DNA of 54,989 nt from the IMG/VR virus record IMGVR_UViG_3300030107_002762, positions 1 to 54,989 of that record; one strand, given 5' to 3'. This document shows positions 28,921 through 38,444 of this stretch, piece by piece. The position numbers and the translations under genes were made by a program. Source of the stretch: a virus (taxonomy: Duplodnaviria; Caudoviricetes). The first letter of the stretch is position 1. Every line of letters begins with the position of its first letter. The notes under the pieces are model-generated. The model had not been told where the DNA came from, searched no databases, and was given only the letters and a program-made list of their open reading frames with translations.

Positions 28921-28952
28921 TTTTGCCTCCTATGCCTAAAATAAAATATTAC

Positions 28953-29444
28953 TTAATCGTCGGAATTATTCCTACTACCAAATTCAACCTTAGAAGACCT
29001 TTGGATATCGCTATCTTTAATCGGCATTCTAGGGTCACTTTCTCGCATTAAGTTTTGATCTACACCTTGTAACGCAGAATCAGACTGATCTTTAAAATAA
29101 GCTGTTCTTTCGTTCGCGGTTTCAATCGGAACTTTTGCGAGTATTAGTCCACCTACCCCTATGACTCCTTTATTTTTTCCACTATCTACAGTTGGGGCTT
29201 CAAAGTCAGGATATTCTTCTGCTCTTACAGGTTCATATCCTTCTCTAATACGTTTAGACATATTAGACTTATCGTCCTGTCCTCTAGTAGCTTCTCTAAT
29301 CCACCTAAACTGATATCCAGGAGGTGGTTCGGGTGCGTCTAACATTGACGGGGGTTTCCAAGGCGTTCTGCGAGTTTGAGAGTCTCGTGTCTCTGCAGAT
29401 CGTGAGTTACGATCAGTGACGTCTGGTTTATATTCTTCTGTCAT
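28953..29444 (-). CDS. Conserved head-module protein
   Basis: WKPPSMLDAPEPPPGYQFRWIR, REGYEPV, GGLILAK. Confidence 0.65.
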   Translation of the reverse strand: MTEEYKPDVTDRNSRSAETRDSQTRRTPWKPPSMLDAPEPPPGYQFRWIREATRGQDDKSNMSKRIREGYEPVRAEEYPDFEAPTVDSGKNKGVIGVGGLILAKVPIETANERTAYFKDQSDSALQGVDQNLMRESDPRMPIKDSDIQRSSKVEFGSRNNSDD

Positions 29445-29445
29445 T

Positions 29446-30327
29446 TTATACTCCTTCGATATGCTTAGCATATTCTTCTAGTGGCACATTTAGTCTTTTA
29501 GCTATCGCTACTTGACTAGGTGTCAACTTGATTTTGCGTGATGATTTTTTACCACTAGCACCTCTGCTACTGGCAGCAACCTGTTGCACGGGGGCAGATT
29601 GCTCTTCTGAAAACTTGTGCGGAAAATTATCTCGCATACGTTTGTCAACTTCTTGATAATAGTTATCGGAAGTTGGGTCAATCCCTTCTTCTACGATTTC
29701 TTTATGTATACCAAAAGCTGCAAACGTCATAGCAGAATCAGTTCCAAACCATGTATTTCTTGACGCCCATTCCTCTGCTTTAGGGTCTGGTGTTGTTTGC
29801 GTCGCATTAATAGATGGTTTATATTCTTCAACAGGAACTTCTTCAGCTTCATCTTTTTCTTTAAGCTGTTGTTGTGCAGATAACCTTCTAAGATTTTCTG
29901 CCTCAGCACTGGCTCTAGATAATTTTTCTGTTGCATCCGTAATCGCTTCCGCGTCTCCTGCTTCTTGAGCTGTTTTTAAATAACTTTTTGCTCTTTCAAT
30001 ATCAGATTGTATACGATTGTCATACTCTTTGAAAAGGGAAGAATCAGAATTCTTTAATTTTTCTTTTAGTTCATTATTAGTATTACTAATGTTTTGAGCG
30101 TAACTAACTGCTTCATCGCGTTGCCTTTCGGCTTCTCGCATTTTATAAGTTAGTTTATCAATACGTTTTTGTACTGACTCACTTATAGTATCTAACTCGT
30201 CTTTTGGTTGTTCTTCTTCAGCTGCGACGACTTCTTCTTCCACTACGGAATTATCGACATCAGCTGCCCTTGGGTCAACTTCCCCTTCGGGAAGTTCTAG
30301 TTCTATTTTTTCTGCTTCTTCTTGCAT
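29446..30327 (-). CDS. Scaffolding protein
   Basis: Acidic coiled coil; C-terminal LTPSQVAIAKRLNVPLEEYAK. Confidence 0.7.
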   Translation of the reverse strand: MQEEAEKIELELPEGEVDPRAADVDNSVVEEEVVAAEEEQPKDELDTISESVQKRIDKLTYKMREAERQRDEAVSYAQNISNTNNELKEKLKNSDSSLFKEYDNRIQSDIERAKSYLKTAQEAGDAEAITDATEKLSRASAEAENLRRLSAQQQLKEKDEAEEVPVEEYKPSINATQTTPDPKAEEWASRNTWFGTDSAMTFAAFGIHKEIVEEGIDPTSDNYYQEVDKRMRDNFPHKFSEEQSAPVQQVAASSRGASGKKSSRKIKLTPSQVAIAKRLNVPLEEYAKHIEGV

Positions 30328-30344
30328 GAGTCCTCCTCAAGTTG

Positions 30345-30794
30345 TTATGATAAAATTGCTTCGGGGTCGTCAATAGTTGCTAAAATTTCGTCATCGTTTA
30401 AAAGTCGCATATCGCCACCTTCTATCTGAAAACGAGCTCCAGCATACCTACCAAAAATTACCCAATCACCTTCTTTACACCAAGCTCCGTCTGGAAACTT
30501 ATTCATATCTTTATATGCGTCAGGTCCCGTAGCGACAACATAACCAACAACAGTAGCAAGACGTTCTTTATCTACTGTTTGTTTAGCTAAATGTATACCG
30601 CCTTTAGTAATACTCGACATACTAAAAGGTAATATTAAAATACGATACCCCGTTGGACGTGGTAACTTATTTGCATGAGCTTCTAAATTTTCGTGCGTAA
30701 TAGTGTTTTCTACAACTGGTTCTTCAGTTTTTAACGAAGCACCATTACTACCAAAATTATCTACTCGATCTGGAACAGTATCAGTCATTTGCAT
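30345..30794 (-). CDS. groES: Co-chaperonin GroES-like
   Basis: PTGYRILI, TKGGIHL, GDWVIFGRYAG, LLNDDEILA. Confidence 0.9.
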   Translation of the reverse strand: MQMTDTVPDRVDNFGSNGASLKTEEPVVENTITHENLEAHANKLPRPTGYRILILPFSMSSITKGGIHLAKQTVDKERLATVVGYVVATGPDAYKDMNKFPDGAWCKEGDWVIFGRYAGARFQIEGGDMRLLNDDEILATIDDPEAILS

Positions 30795-30978
30795 CCTCCA
30801 TATTAGAATGTAAGGTTTGAATTTCCTGTTCAGCTAAACTCAAACCCGCTATTTCACCTACTATCCGTTGGTATTGTTGTATATCTTCAACACCACCAGC
30901 AGCAAGTGTTTGCGTGAGTGCTTCTTTACGCTCACGATATTTACGGAGCAAATGCTCCGTAGCCACGATATAATCCAT
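30781..30978 (-). CDS. Small hypothetical protein
   Basis: YQRIVGEIAGL; between portal and GroES. Confidence 0.6.
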   Translation of the reverse strand: MDYIVATEHLLRKYRERKEALTQTLAAGGVEDIQQYQRIVGEIAGLSLAEQEIQTLHSNMEDAND

Positions 30979-31190
30979 TATTTAATGTAATTATACCAAA
31001 GAAGTCCTTTCGTTTGCCCGTAGGCAGCTTTTACTTTTGATTCTTTACCAACGACATTACCTTTAGCGTCAGTGTTTACTTCCCCTGCTTTTACTACTTC
31101 AGTTTTAGTAGTGTCTTCCATAGCAGGTACGCTAGGTGCAGGTTTACTCGCTTTTTTAGAAGGAGCAGGATAGTCTCTATTTCTATGCAT
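30978..31190 (-). CDS. Small hypothetical protein
   Basis: RBS GGAGA before MHRNRD; coupled with the next gene. Confidence 0.5.
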   Translation of the reverse strand: MHRNRDYPAPSKKASKPAPSVPAMEDTTKTEVVKAGEVNTDAKGNVVGKESKVKAAYGQTKGLLWYNYIK

Positions 31191-33621
31191 TATTATCTCC
31201 GTTTTGGTTTCTACTTTCACGAACAGTTTTTACTAATTCGTTATAGTTCTTATCAGCGTCAGCTTTTGCTTTCAACTCTAATTCTTGTAATTGTATCGCA
31301 TCTTTACTGTCTTGTTTTCTTAAATCTGCTTCTATTTGTTCTCTTCGGATTTGTGCATTTAGTTGAGCTTTTTGTAATTCTATTTCAGCAGCTCTTAAAT
31401 CGTCCATTTCTTTTTGCATTAATTGTTCTTTTTCTAATGCCAACTGTTGTTGGAACATCTGCATTTGCGGTGTTTGTTGTGCTGCGGCTTGAGCTTGTGC
31501 CATCGCTTGAGCTTGACCTGTAACTTGTTGCGTAGCTTGTGCTGCCATACCTGCTATCTGATTCATAATCTCTGGTGGCATTTCTTCACCGACAGGTGGT
31601 AATTGTTGTCCTAACGCTTGTTCTATTTGCTGTCTATATAACATCGCTTGATGTTCTTGAATATTAGCTCCAATGATTTTCATAGCCGCAGGGTTTTGTT
31701 GTACCATTGGGTTTTGCATAAAAGCACTATGACTAGCGATATACGCTTCATGGTTTTGAAATTCGTACGCTTTTATAGGATTACCTGTAATTGCTGCTTG
31801 TTCTTCGGTGACAGGATCACGAGCAGGTATTTGTTCTTCTTCAGGTAATACCGCATCAATATCTTTTATATTTAAAGCAAGATACATTTTACGATACGCT
31901 TCTCGTAAGTCATGTAATTGCGGAGCAGATTGTGCCATTTGTAATTGAGTTTGAGCTAACGTAATACGTTGCGTCATACTAAAAATATTAGGATCACTTA
32001 CAGGAATTACATCAACGCTATCATCGAAGTCTTCTTTAAATACATTTTCTGAAGCTCCTTGTACTTGATACGGATATTGTTGTGGTAAAAACTGACTAAA
32101 TACTCTTTTTAAAATTTTAAACTCAGTTTTTTGTGCGTAGTGTAATCTTTTATGTATTGCGGACATAATACGTTGTCCTTTTTCTAGAAGAGCTACCGTA
32201 GTACCTACGGGTGCTTGAGAATTACCGTCGCCTGTTGGGTCTTCTATTGTTGCCGCAAAACGTTTACCCGAATCTACTAAAGCACCTAATAATTGCGTTA
32301 ATGTTCCGCTAGGTTCTTTATAAGGCAACGGTAAAAATGCATCTTGTAATCTACCACCAGGAGCATCAACATCTCGCCACTCTCCTGGCTGTAACGGATC
32401 ATCGTGACGTTGAATATTTAACCCACGGGCTTTAAATCCTGCAGGTAAGTTAGAAAGTGTCCCTGCATCGATTAATTGACGGAGTAGGGCGGTAACTGAT
32501 TTAGTTAAACCGCCCATCATATGAATTAACCCAAAACCATAAAACCCTAATCCTGGAAGGAATTTATAATGCGTAAAATGTTCTATTTTTCTACGCATTG
32601 GGTCATTTTGATCATAGTTTGGTCTAATTGCTAATACTTTATTGTTATCTTTACAAATAGTTACAATATACGGCAACGCTATTCCTGTTTCCTCACCGTT
32701 TGCATTAGTATCTTGATAACCTTCTAAGTCTAAATCAACGTGAAGCTCTAATAACGTGTATTCTTCGTCATTTATTGTTCTACTGATACCTTGTAACTCG
32801 TCAACTTTGTCATCTACCGCAGTATTATCGGTACCACTCATCGGATCGCTTAATTCTACGTCTCGATAGAAGCCAGAAAGTTGTAATTTACGTAATTCAT
32901 TTTCATTCATGTGGATTACGTGAGTAATTCTTGGTGCGGTAAGTAAATCTACCGCAGAATAAGGCACTACTAAGTGTTCTGCTTTAACAAAACGAGCAAC
33001 AGCACGTCCTAATGCAGGATCATAGTAAATTTTTTTAAATGCGGAGCCAGATAACGGTAAATAAAACAATAATTGGTCCATTTCTGGATCATATTCTTCC
33101 ATTTTGTACGTAATTTGATAATTCATGAAGTTTTTTACACGATTTGCTTTTTCTGCTTTCGAATTATCTATTTGACCTAGTATTTCTGTGTCTACAGGAC
33201 CTCCTGCAGGTAATAATTCTTTATATGCTTGAGCTTGAAACTGAGTAACGGCTTCGGCTAGTATAGGATGGTGTACTCCTGAGGCACCTTGGAAAGGTTC
33301 TGACCTTGATTCAGAGTTTATACCTAAACATTCTAACCCGTCAGCGTAAGTATTAAACCAATCGTCTCGAGATTCTAAATCTTCTTCGTATAATTGAGTT
33401 AATTCACTAGCAATACTATTTAATTCGTTTTCGTCTAGTTCTTCGGCTAAGTTTTCACCAAATTTATTTTCAGATTGTTCAGGCATATCGCTGCCTAAAA
33501 TAACAGAACCGTCGGGTTGTAAAAAAACTTCTGTTTCTTCAGGTGTTTCTGCAGTAATTTCTAACTCTATTTCTTCATTAGGAGTAGAAATTATAGGAAC
33601 AGGTTGTTTTTCAATAGCCAT
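31183..33621 (-). CDS. Portal protein (P22-like, long C-terminal coiled coil)
   Basis: HPILAEAVTQFQAQAY, GSAFKK, LRQLIDAGTLSNLP; follows TerL. Confidence 0.9.
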   Translation of the reverse strand: MAIEKQPVPIISTPNEEIELEITAETPEETEVFLQPDGSVILGSDMPEQSENKFGENLAEELDENELNSIASELTQLYEEDLESRDDWFNTYADGLECLGINSESRSEPFQGASGVHHPILAEAVTQFQAQAYKELLPAGGPVDTEILGQIDNSKAEKANRVKNFMNYQITYKMEEYDPEMDQLLFYLPLSGSAFKKIYYDPALGRAVARFVKAEHLVVPYSAVDLLTAPRITHVIHMNENELRKLQLSGFYRDVELSDPMSGTDNTAVDDKVDELQGISRTINDEEYTLLELHVDLDLEGYQDTNANGEETGIALPYIVTICKDNNKVLAIRPNYDQNDPMRRKIEHFTHYKFLPGLGFYGFGLIHMMGGLTKSVTALLRQLIDAGTLSNLPAGFKARGLNIQRHDDPLQPGEWRDVDAPGGRLQDAFLPLPYKEPSGTLTQLLGALVDSGKRFAATIEDPTGDGNSQAPVGTTVALLEKGQRIMSAIHKRLHYAQKTEFKILKRVFSQFLPQQYPYQVQGASENVFKEDFDDSVDVIPVSDPNIFSMTQRITLAQTQLQMAQSAPQLHDLREAYRKMYLALNIKDIDAVLPEEEQIPARDPVTEEQAAITGNPIKAYEFQNHEAYIASHSAFMQNPMVQQNPAAMKIIGANIQEHQAMLYRQQIEQALGQQLPPVGEEMPPEIMNQIAGMAAQATQQVTGQAQAMAQAQAAAQQTPQMQMFQQQLALEKEQLMQKEMDDLRAAEIELQKAQLNAQIRREQIEADLRKQDSKDAIQLQELELKAKADADKNYNELVKTVRESRNQNGDNNA

Positions 33622-33647
33622 TAGCTTGAATCATAGTACTATTTGTA

Positions 33648-35174
33648 TTAATAATAAACCCTATCGTTAGGATAATAATCTTCGTCATCAGAAAAATCAC
33701 TACTTAACGTTAAAAATCCGCCTTCTCTAAACCTTGCTAACGCTAACGTAGTTGCGTCTACTAAATCATCGTTTTCTCCTGCGGGAAAATCACTAACTTC
33801 TTCCATAAGTTCTTCACCAAATCTATTATCAGGTACCCAAACTCTACCATCTTGAAAAATAGGTGAGACAGAATTTAATCTAGCAATTTTATCTTGACCT
33901 TTTCCTGGAGAAAAAGTGTTTACGGGTATACCAATACGTCTAAGTTCTTGTACTAACGGTATACCACTAGCTTTAGCTTCAATAATTACCGTATCAGGTT
34001 CCCAATAATCGTATAAACGTAGAGCTTCGTTTTTTAATTCTGGGAAATCGTAACGTTCTTTAATACAATCTATTAAAATTAAATGAGCTTCATCTCCTGA
34101 ATATATTTCTTCACCTATTTTACCCTCAGGATAAAACACGCCCCACGTAGTTATCGCGGTAAAATCCGCTCGTTCGGATTTTAAAAATGCCGTATCGTAG
34201 CTTTGTATTAAATATTGACATTTAGGTGGCTTTTCTTCTTCCCAAATATTAAACCATTCTTTAGGAATTATCGAAATACCCTCTCCCGTAGGTCTTTGCA
34301 TATATTGTGCCGCCCATTTAGATGGACTTACCGACGCTTTTATACCTTCTAGTTCTTCTAATTTCCAAAAACTTTCCCAAAGCGGTTTACCACTAGGTAA
34401 AATTGCAGGAAATTCTATAATTTTCCATTGATCAGCACCTTCATCTTGTGCCATCTTTTTAGTTAATCGTCCTGTTAAATCTTTTTTATTCCAACGCGTC
34501 ATTACAATAACGATTGCACCTCCTGGTTGTAACCTTTGTCGCGGTCCTGCCATATACCATTCGTATGCTTCTTCTAGAGCTTTATCAGACATCGCGTCTT
34601 GTTCCGAATGTGGGTCGTCAATAATAAATAAATCTGCTCCTCTTCCTGCTAACGCACCCCCAATACCTGCGGCATAGTATTCACCGCCTTTATTAGTTAA
34701 CCATTTACCCGCCGAACGGCTGTCCGCTTTTAATTCAGTTTCAGGAAATAGTTGACGGTATTCTTCGCCGTCAATTAAATCCCTAACTTTTCTACCAAAA
34801 TTAACCGCAAGGTCAGCTGTGTGGGTCGCTTCAATAATTTTTAATTTAGGATTTTTACCTAATAAATACGCAGGGAATAAATGCGACGCGAACTCTGATT
34901 TAGTATGTCTAGGTGGCATATTAATTATTAATCTTTTTAATTTGCCGTTAGCGATGTCGTCAAACGCTTGTGCCATTTTTACGTGGTGGTTTCCAGAAAT
35001 AAATTCGGACCACATAGATTTTACAAAATCTAAAAACGTACCTGTTGCTTGTTCTTGGTATTCACGTTTTTCTAATTCTTCTAATAAAATCGTAAATTCT
35101 TTCGCTTCTTCTTTAGTTAAATGTGAAAAGTCAATATTACGTAGGGCTTTTAATTTATCACGAGTATCAGTCAT
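33648..35174 (-). CDS. terL: Terminase large subunit
   Basis: MPPRHTKS, IIDDPH, MTRW, QSYDTA, DDLVD. Confidence 0.95.
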   Translation of the reverse strand: MTDTRDKLKALRNIDFSHLTKEEAKEFTILLEELEKREYQEQATGTFLDFVKSMWSEFISGNHHVKMAQAFDDIANGKLKRLIINMPPRHTKSEFASHLFPAYLLGKNPKLKIIEATHTADLAVNFGRKVRDLIDGEEYRQLFPETELKADSRSAGKWLTNKGGEYYAAGIGGALAGRGADLFIIDDPHSEQDAMSDKALEEAYEWYMAGPRQRLQPGGAIVIVMTRWNKKDLTGRLTKKMAQDEGADQWKIIEFPAILPSGKPLWESFWKLEELEGIKASVSPSKWAAQYMQRPTGEGISIIPKEWFNIWEEEKPPKCQYLIQSYDTAFLKSERADFTAITTWGVFYPEGKIGEEIYSGDEAHLILIDCIKERYDFPELKNEALRLYDYWEPDTVIIEAKASGIPLVQELRRIGIPVNTFSPGKGQDKIARLNSVSPIFQDGRVWVPDNRFGEELMEEVSDFPAGENDDLVDATTLALARFREGGFLTLSSDFSDDEDYYPNDRVYY

Positions 35175-36190
35175 CGTTTCATTAATTCTTTAATTAATCC
35201 TTCAATATCTTCGTAAGGTATTTCGTCTAAAATATTTAAATTTTCACTAGGGTTTAACGAAATAAAAGTATCGCTATTATCTACCCCTCTACGTTTATTA
35301 GGTATTCTAATTGCATCAATACCGATATTACGTAAACCTTCACTCGCTGCTTTAGTAAAACTGTTAGGTACGCCTACGATATTTTTACGTAATTCTTTTA
35401 CTTGAAAAGCAGGTTCGATAAGATTTTTTTGTGAAAGATTTATTTCAAGGTTTTTTAATAATCTATCCATTTGTTTAGAAGTATCACCAACCGTTAACAT
35501 ATTTTTAAAATCGGGTTCCGTGATATATGCTGACCCAGGAGCACCTTGCGAAGGTCTACCCATAGCGAATTGTTTAAGTCTAGGGTCAATAAATTTATCT
35601 ACTAAATAAAGTCCGCCTTCTGAACCAGAACCTTTAGGTAATTCAAAAGAACCAATACCTTTAGTTTGACTGCCGTGAAAAATATTTTTAGGATCATTTA
35701 TTAAATCTAAAATACCTTGATTAGTACTAAGCACAGGAGCTTGTGGTACTTCTAACCCTGTTTCTTTTTTTATATCTTTTTGTAAACTTTTAATTCTCGC
35801 ATTAACTTTTACTAATTGTTGTTTAGCTTTTTCTTCAGCTACCTCTGCCGCTCTACCATCTTTAGAAATATTATTACGTTCTCTTACTATGGTTCGTTTA
35901 AGTTGTTCTGCTTCTTCTACTGCTTTCATATAAGGTTTTATTAAAAATGCAGGAATACTTTTAAAAATACTAGCCGCAGCAAAACCTTGTGGTGTTGATG
36001 AAATTAAATTTAAAGGGTCGGTAACTGTTTCGTAAGCGAACTTTGCACCTTTTTTAATATTTTGATAATCAGGACGATTACGTAGTTCGGGATTTACTGT
36101 TTCTAAAAGACCGCTAAGTCCGCCGCCACGTATATTAGCTAATAGTTGTTCTAGTGGACCTAAAGCAGGTTTTAATTGTTGTTCAGCCAT
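35171..36190 (-). CDS. Hypothetical protein with possible C-terminal ADP-ribosyltransferase-like domain
   Basis: IFHGS...F...GGLYL...GIDAI pattern after a coiled coil. Confidence 0.45.
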   Translation of the reverse strand: MAEQQLKPALGPLEQLLANIRGGGLSGLLETVNPELRNRPDYQNIKKGAKFAYETVTDPLNLISSTPQGFAAASIFKSIPAFLIKPYMKAVEEAEQLKRTIVRERNNISKDGRAAEVAEEKAKQQLVKVNARIKSLQKDIKKETGLEVPQAPVLSTNQGILDLINDPKNIFHGSQTKGIGSFELPKGSGSEGGLYLVDKFIDPRLKQFAMGRPSQGAPGSAYITEPDFKNMLTVGDTSKQMDRLLKNLEINLSQKNLIEPAFQVKELRKNIVGVPNSFTKAASEGLRNIGIDAIRIPNKRRGVDNSDTFISLNPSENLNILDEIPYEDIEGLIKELMKR

Positions 36191-36204
36191 AAAAAGTAAA
36201 GCAG

Positions 36205-36585
36205 TTAATCATTAGGAGGGGTTTCTTTGGTCGCGGTGTCTTTATCATAATTACGATAATATTCTACTATTGATAATATTTGTTTTATGTACCTCGTAAC
36301 TTCTGCCATATTCATCGATAAGTTTTCATAATTTTTAGTAGTCAACGCATAGTACGCAACGGCAGGAGCTTTACCTTCTTCTACTAATTTTAAATATTCT
36401 GCCATAATTTCAGGAGTTAATACTTCAAACTTAACTTCTACTCCTTGTATTTCTATAGGCAACGGTGGGTGGTACATTGGTGCGGGTAACGCAATAGTGT
36501 TTACCTCTACGGGGGTGGTTCTAGGAAGTAGTGCACAACCGCCTAGAACCGTGAATAAACTAACTACTAGGAGAGATGTCTTCAT
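36205..36585 (-). CDS. o-spanin-like lipoprotein
   Basis: Lipobox LGGC, Pro-rich. Confidence 0.65.
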   Translation of the reverse strand: MKTSLLVVSLFTVLGGCALLPRTTPVEVNTIALPAPMYHPPLPIEIQGVEVKFEVLTPEIMAEYLKLVEEGKAPAVAYYALTTKNYENLSMNMAEVTRYIKQILSIVEYYRNYDKDTATKETPPND

Positions 36586-36953
36586 CCTTGGGGAGGAGAT
36601 GTGATCTGAGTTAGTTCATCCATAACTTTTTGAGTGCCTTTATTTATTATTTTCTCAATAAGTTTAGGTTTGTTTAATGCTAAATTGCCAAGATCGTGCT
36701 TAGCAAATGTTTTTCTTAATTTAGTAACCTCACGGAGTGCTTCTTGTTTTTCCGCTTCTAAACTGTCTAGTTGAGCGTTATGTTTTTCTTGGTCCGCTAA
36801 ATAGTTTTTAATTGATTCGTTTTGTTCAGATATTTTATCTTGTAGGATTACTTGATTGGCTTTAGCTTGTGTTAATTGATTAAACAGAAAAGTAGAACCT
36901 GCCAAACTAGCTACTAAAAGACCTCCAAGAATTAAACTTAATTTAAAACCCAT
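36582..36953 (-). CDS. i-spanin-like protein
   Basis: N-terminal TM plus coiled coil; overlaps the lipoprotein gene. Confidence 0.65.
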   Translation of the reverse strand: MGFKLSLILGGLLVASLAGSTFLFNQLTQAKANQVILQDKISEQNESIKNYLADQEKHNAQLDSLEAEKQEALREVTKLRKTFAKHDLGNLALNKPKLIEKIINKGTQKVMDELTQITSPPQG

Positions 36954-37223
36954 ACCAACAGTATAGTTCAGAAAATATTTTTTGCAAAAAATTTTTTTCG
37001 CAAAATTTTTTTGATAGGGACTTATTTGTAAAGTAGTTGCAATAAAGGACGCGGACCCAAGGTGCGGACAGCGGGTGAGGGAGCGGATTTGTCAAGGGGG
37101 GTATTAGACTAAATAGTTATATAAGCTAACTTACTTATAACTTCTAGTGTACGGGTATGTGTTAGGGTAATTGGTTAATATTTGAGCAGTGGTTAATATT
37201 TAACCAATAGAAATAGAGTAGAT

Positions 37224-37253
37224 AAAAAAAGGGCTAGTACCTCAGACTAGCCC
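37224..37253 (-). terminator. Rho-independent terminator
   Basis: GGGCTAGT/ACTAGCCC stem plus U7. Confidence 0.85.
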
Positions 37254-37274
37254 CTTTAAGTTAAAGGTTAAAAT

Positions 37275-37712
37275 TTAGCCAAGTTTTAAATACTTAGAAT
37301 AATTATCTAAGCCAAATTCAATACTAGCTTTTCTTTCAGTTATCTTATTAGTGAACTGATTACCACTAAAATAATGAGTCCAAAAAGATTTCTGTCCTAC
37401 ACGTGGTTCTATGCCTTGCGCATACTTACCACCATTAACATCTAAGTATTCAGATGATTGCCATACTTCATCTAATTGCTTTAATGTAAAAGAATTACCT
37501 AATTGATTATAAGCTAACGTTAAGGCAATACTAACTTGTGCAGGTAAAGAACTCTGACAACCTGAACTAGCAAAATCATCAGATACCCAAACAATAGTAT
37601 TTAAGTTTAAATTACCACCCTTACTAGGCATAGGCATTTTTGCTTTTGCTTTAGTAACAGTAGCCCCAGCACCTTTAGAAGGGGTGCTAACCTTGTCATT
37701 TATATTTTTCAT
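37275..37712 (-). CDS. Hypothetical protein (paralog family A)
   Basis: Has its own promoter-like site and terminator. Confidence 0.6.
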   Translation of the reverse strand: MKNINDKVSTPSKGAGATVTKAKAKMPMPSKGGNLNLNTIVWVSDDFASSGCQSSLPAQVSIALTLAYNQLGNSFTLKQLDEVWQSSEYLDVNGGKYAQGIEPRVGQKSFWTHYFSGNQFTNKITERKASIEFGLDNYSKYLKLG

Positions 37713-37731
37713 ACTGTAAGTATACAGAAAT

Positions 37732-37815
37732 CTAACTAAACTACAAGAACTAAATTAACTAAATTAACTAAACTAAATTAACTAACTTAACTAAGCTAAC
37801 TAAACTAAATCCTAA
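37732..37815. repeat. Array of short AACTAA/CTAA repeats
   Basis: More than ten CTAA units. Confidence 0.85.
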
Positions 37816-37901
37816 AAAAATCCCTCGCTCCCTCCCTCGTTCGTTGGGTGCGGGTCTGTGTTTGGGTCAGGGTTCGTGTGTACTAAAAAGATAGACCGAC
37901 G

Positions 37902-37948
37902 GATAGAGTAGAGCGAGAGTAGAGCGATAGAGTAGACTGGAGTAGAGC
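37902..37948. repeat. GAGTAGA repeat array
   Basis: Four GAGTAGA units. Confidence 0.8.
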
Positions 37949-37950
37949 AC

Positions 37951-37978
37951 AAAAAAGGGCAGCCGAAGCCACCCTTTT
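37951..37978 (-). terminator. Rho-independent terminator
   Basis: GGG-GGC-UUCG-GCU-CCC hairpin plus U6. Confidence 0.75.
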
Positions 37979-37992
37979 AAGACGATTAAAGA

Positions 37993-38286
37993 TTAACCGA
38001 GTTTAACTAGATTTTCTTTTAGTAATCTAGGTTTGTAATGACTCCAAATATCCATGGGAGTCTGGACTGTTTCCAATCCAACTTTTTCTAAGGCAGATTC
38101 TTTACTGCCGTCAACTCCGACTAATTCGCCCACAGTCAAAGTATAATCTTTAGCGGCTAGTAAAGCCTCGATTATTTTCCCTGCTTGGGGCGGAAATTTT
38201 CCCTCGGGAGTAGCTACCAAAATCACTTTTTGGTTATAGTTAGTCGAACCCTTTTGGGTACCTGCTTTAAAGTTTTTATTTATCAT
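37993..38286 (-). CDS. Hypothetical protein (paralog family A)
   Basis: RBS AAGGAG, own promoter and terminator. Confidence 0.65.
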   Translation of the reverse strand: MINKNFKAGTQKGSTNYNQKVILVATPEGKFPPQAGKIIEALLAAKDYTLTVGELVGVDGSKESALEKVGLETVQTPMDIWSHYKPRLLKENLVKLG

Positions 38287-38341
38287 AATAAATTCTCCTT
38301 TCTAGTTAATGATAGTAAAACCGCTTTACTATCTAAGTACT

Positions 38342-38373
38342 ACTATACGCTGGACTGATACCAAAGTAAAGCA
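38342..38373 (-). promoter_or_regulatory. Early promoter TTTACT-N17-TATAGT
   Basis: Member of the repeated motif family. Confidence 0.75.
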
Positions 38374-38444
38374 CTGTGTTAGGATTAAGCACAAGATTTA
38401 AGGAACAAAATCCCTCGCTCCATCGGTCGGTCCCTCTTTTGAGC

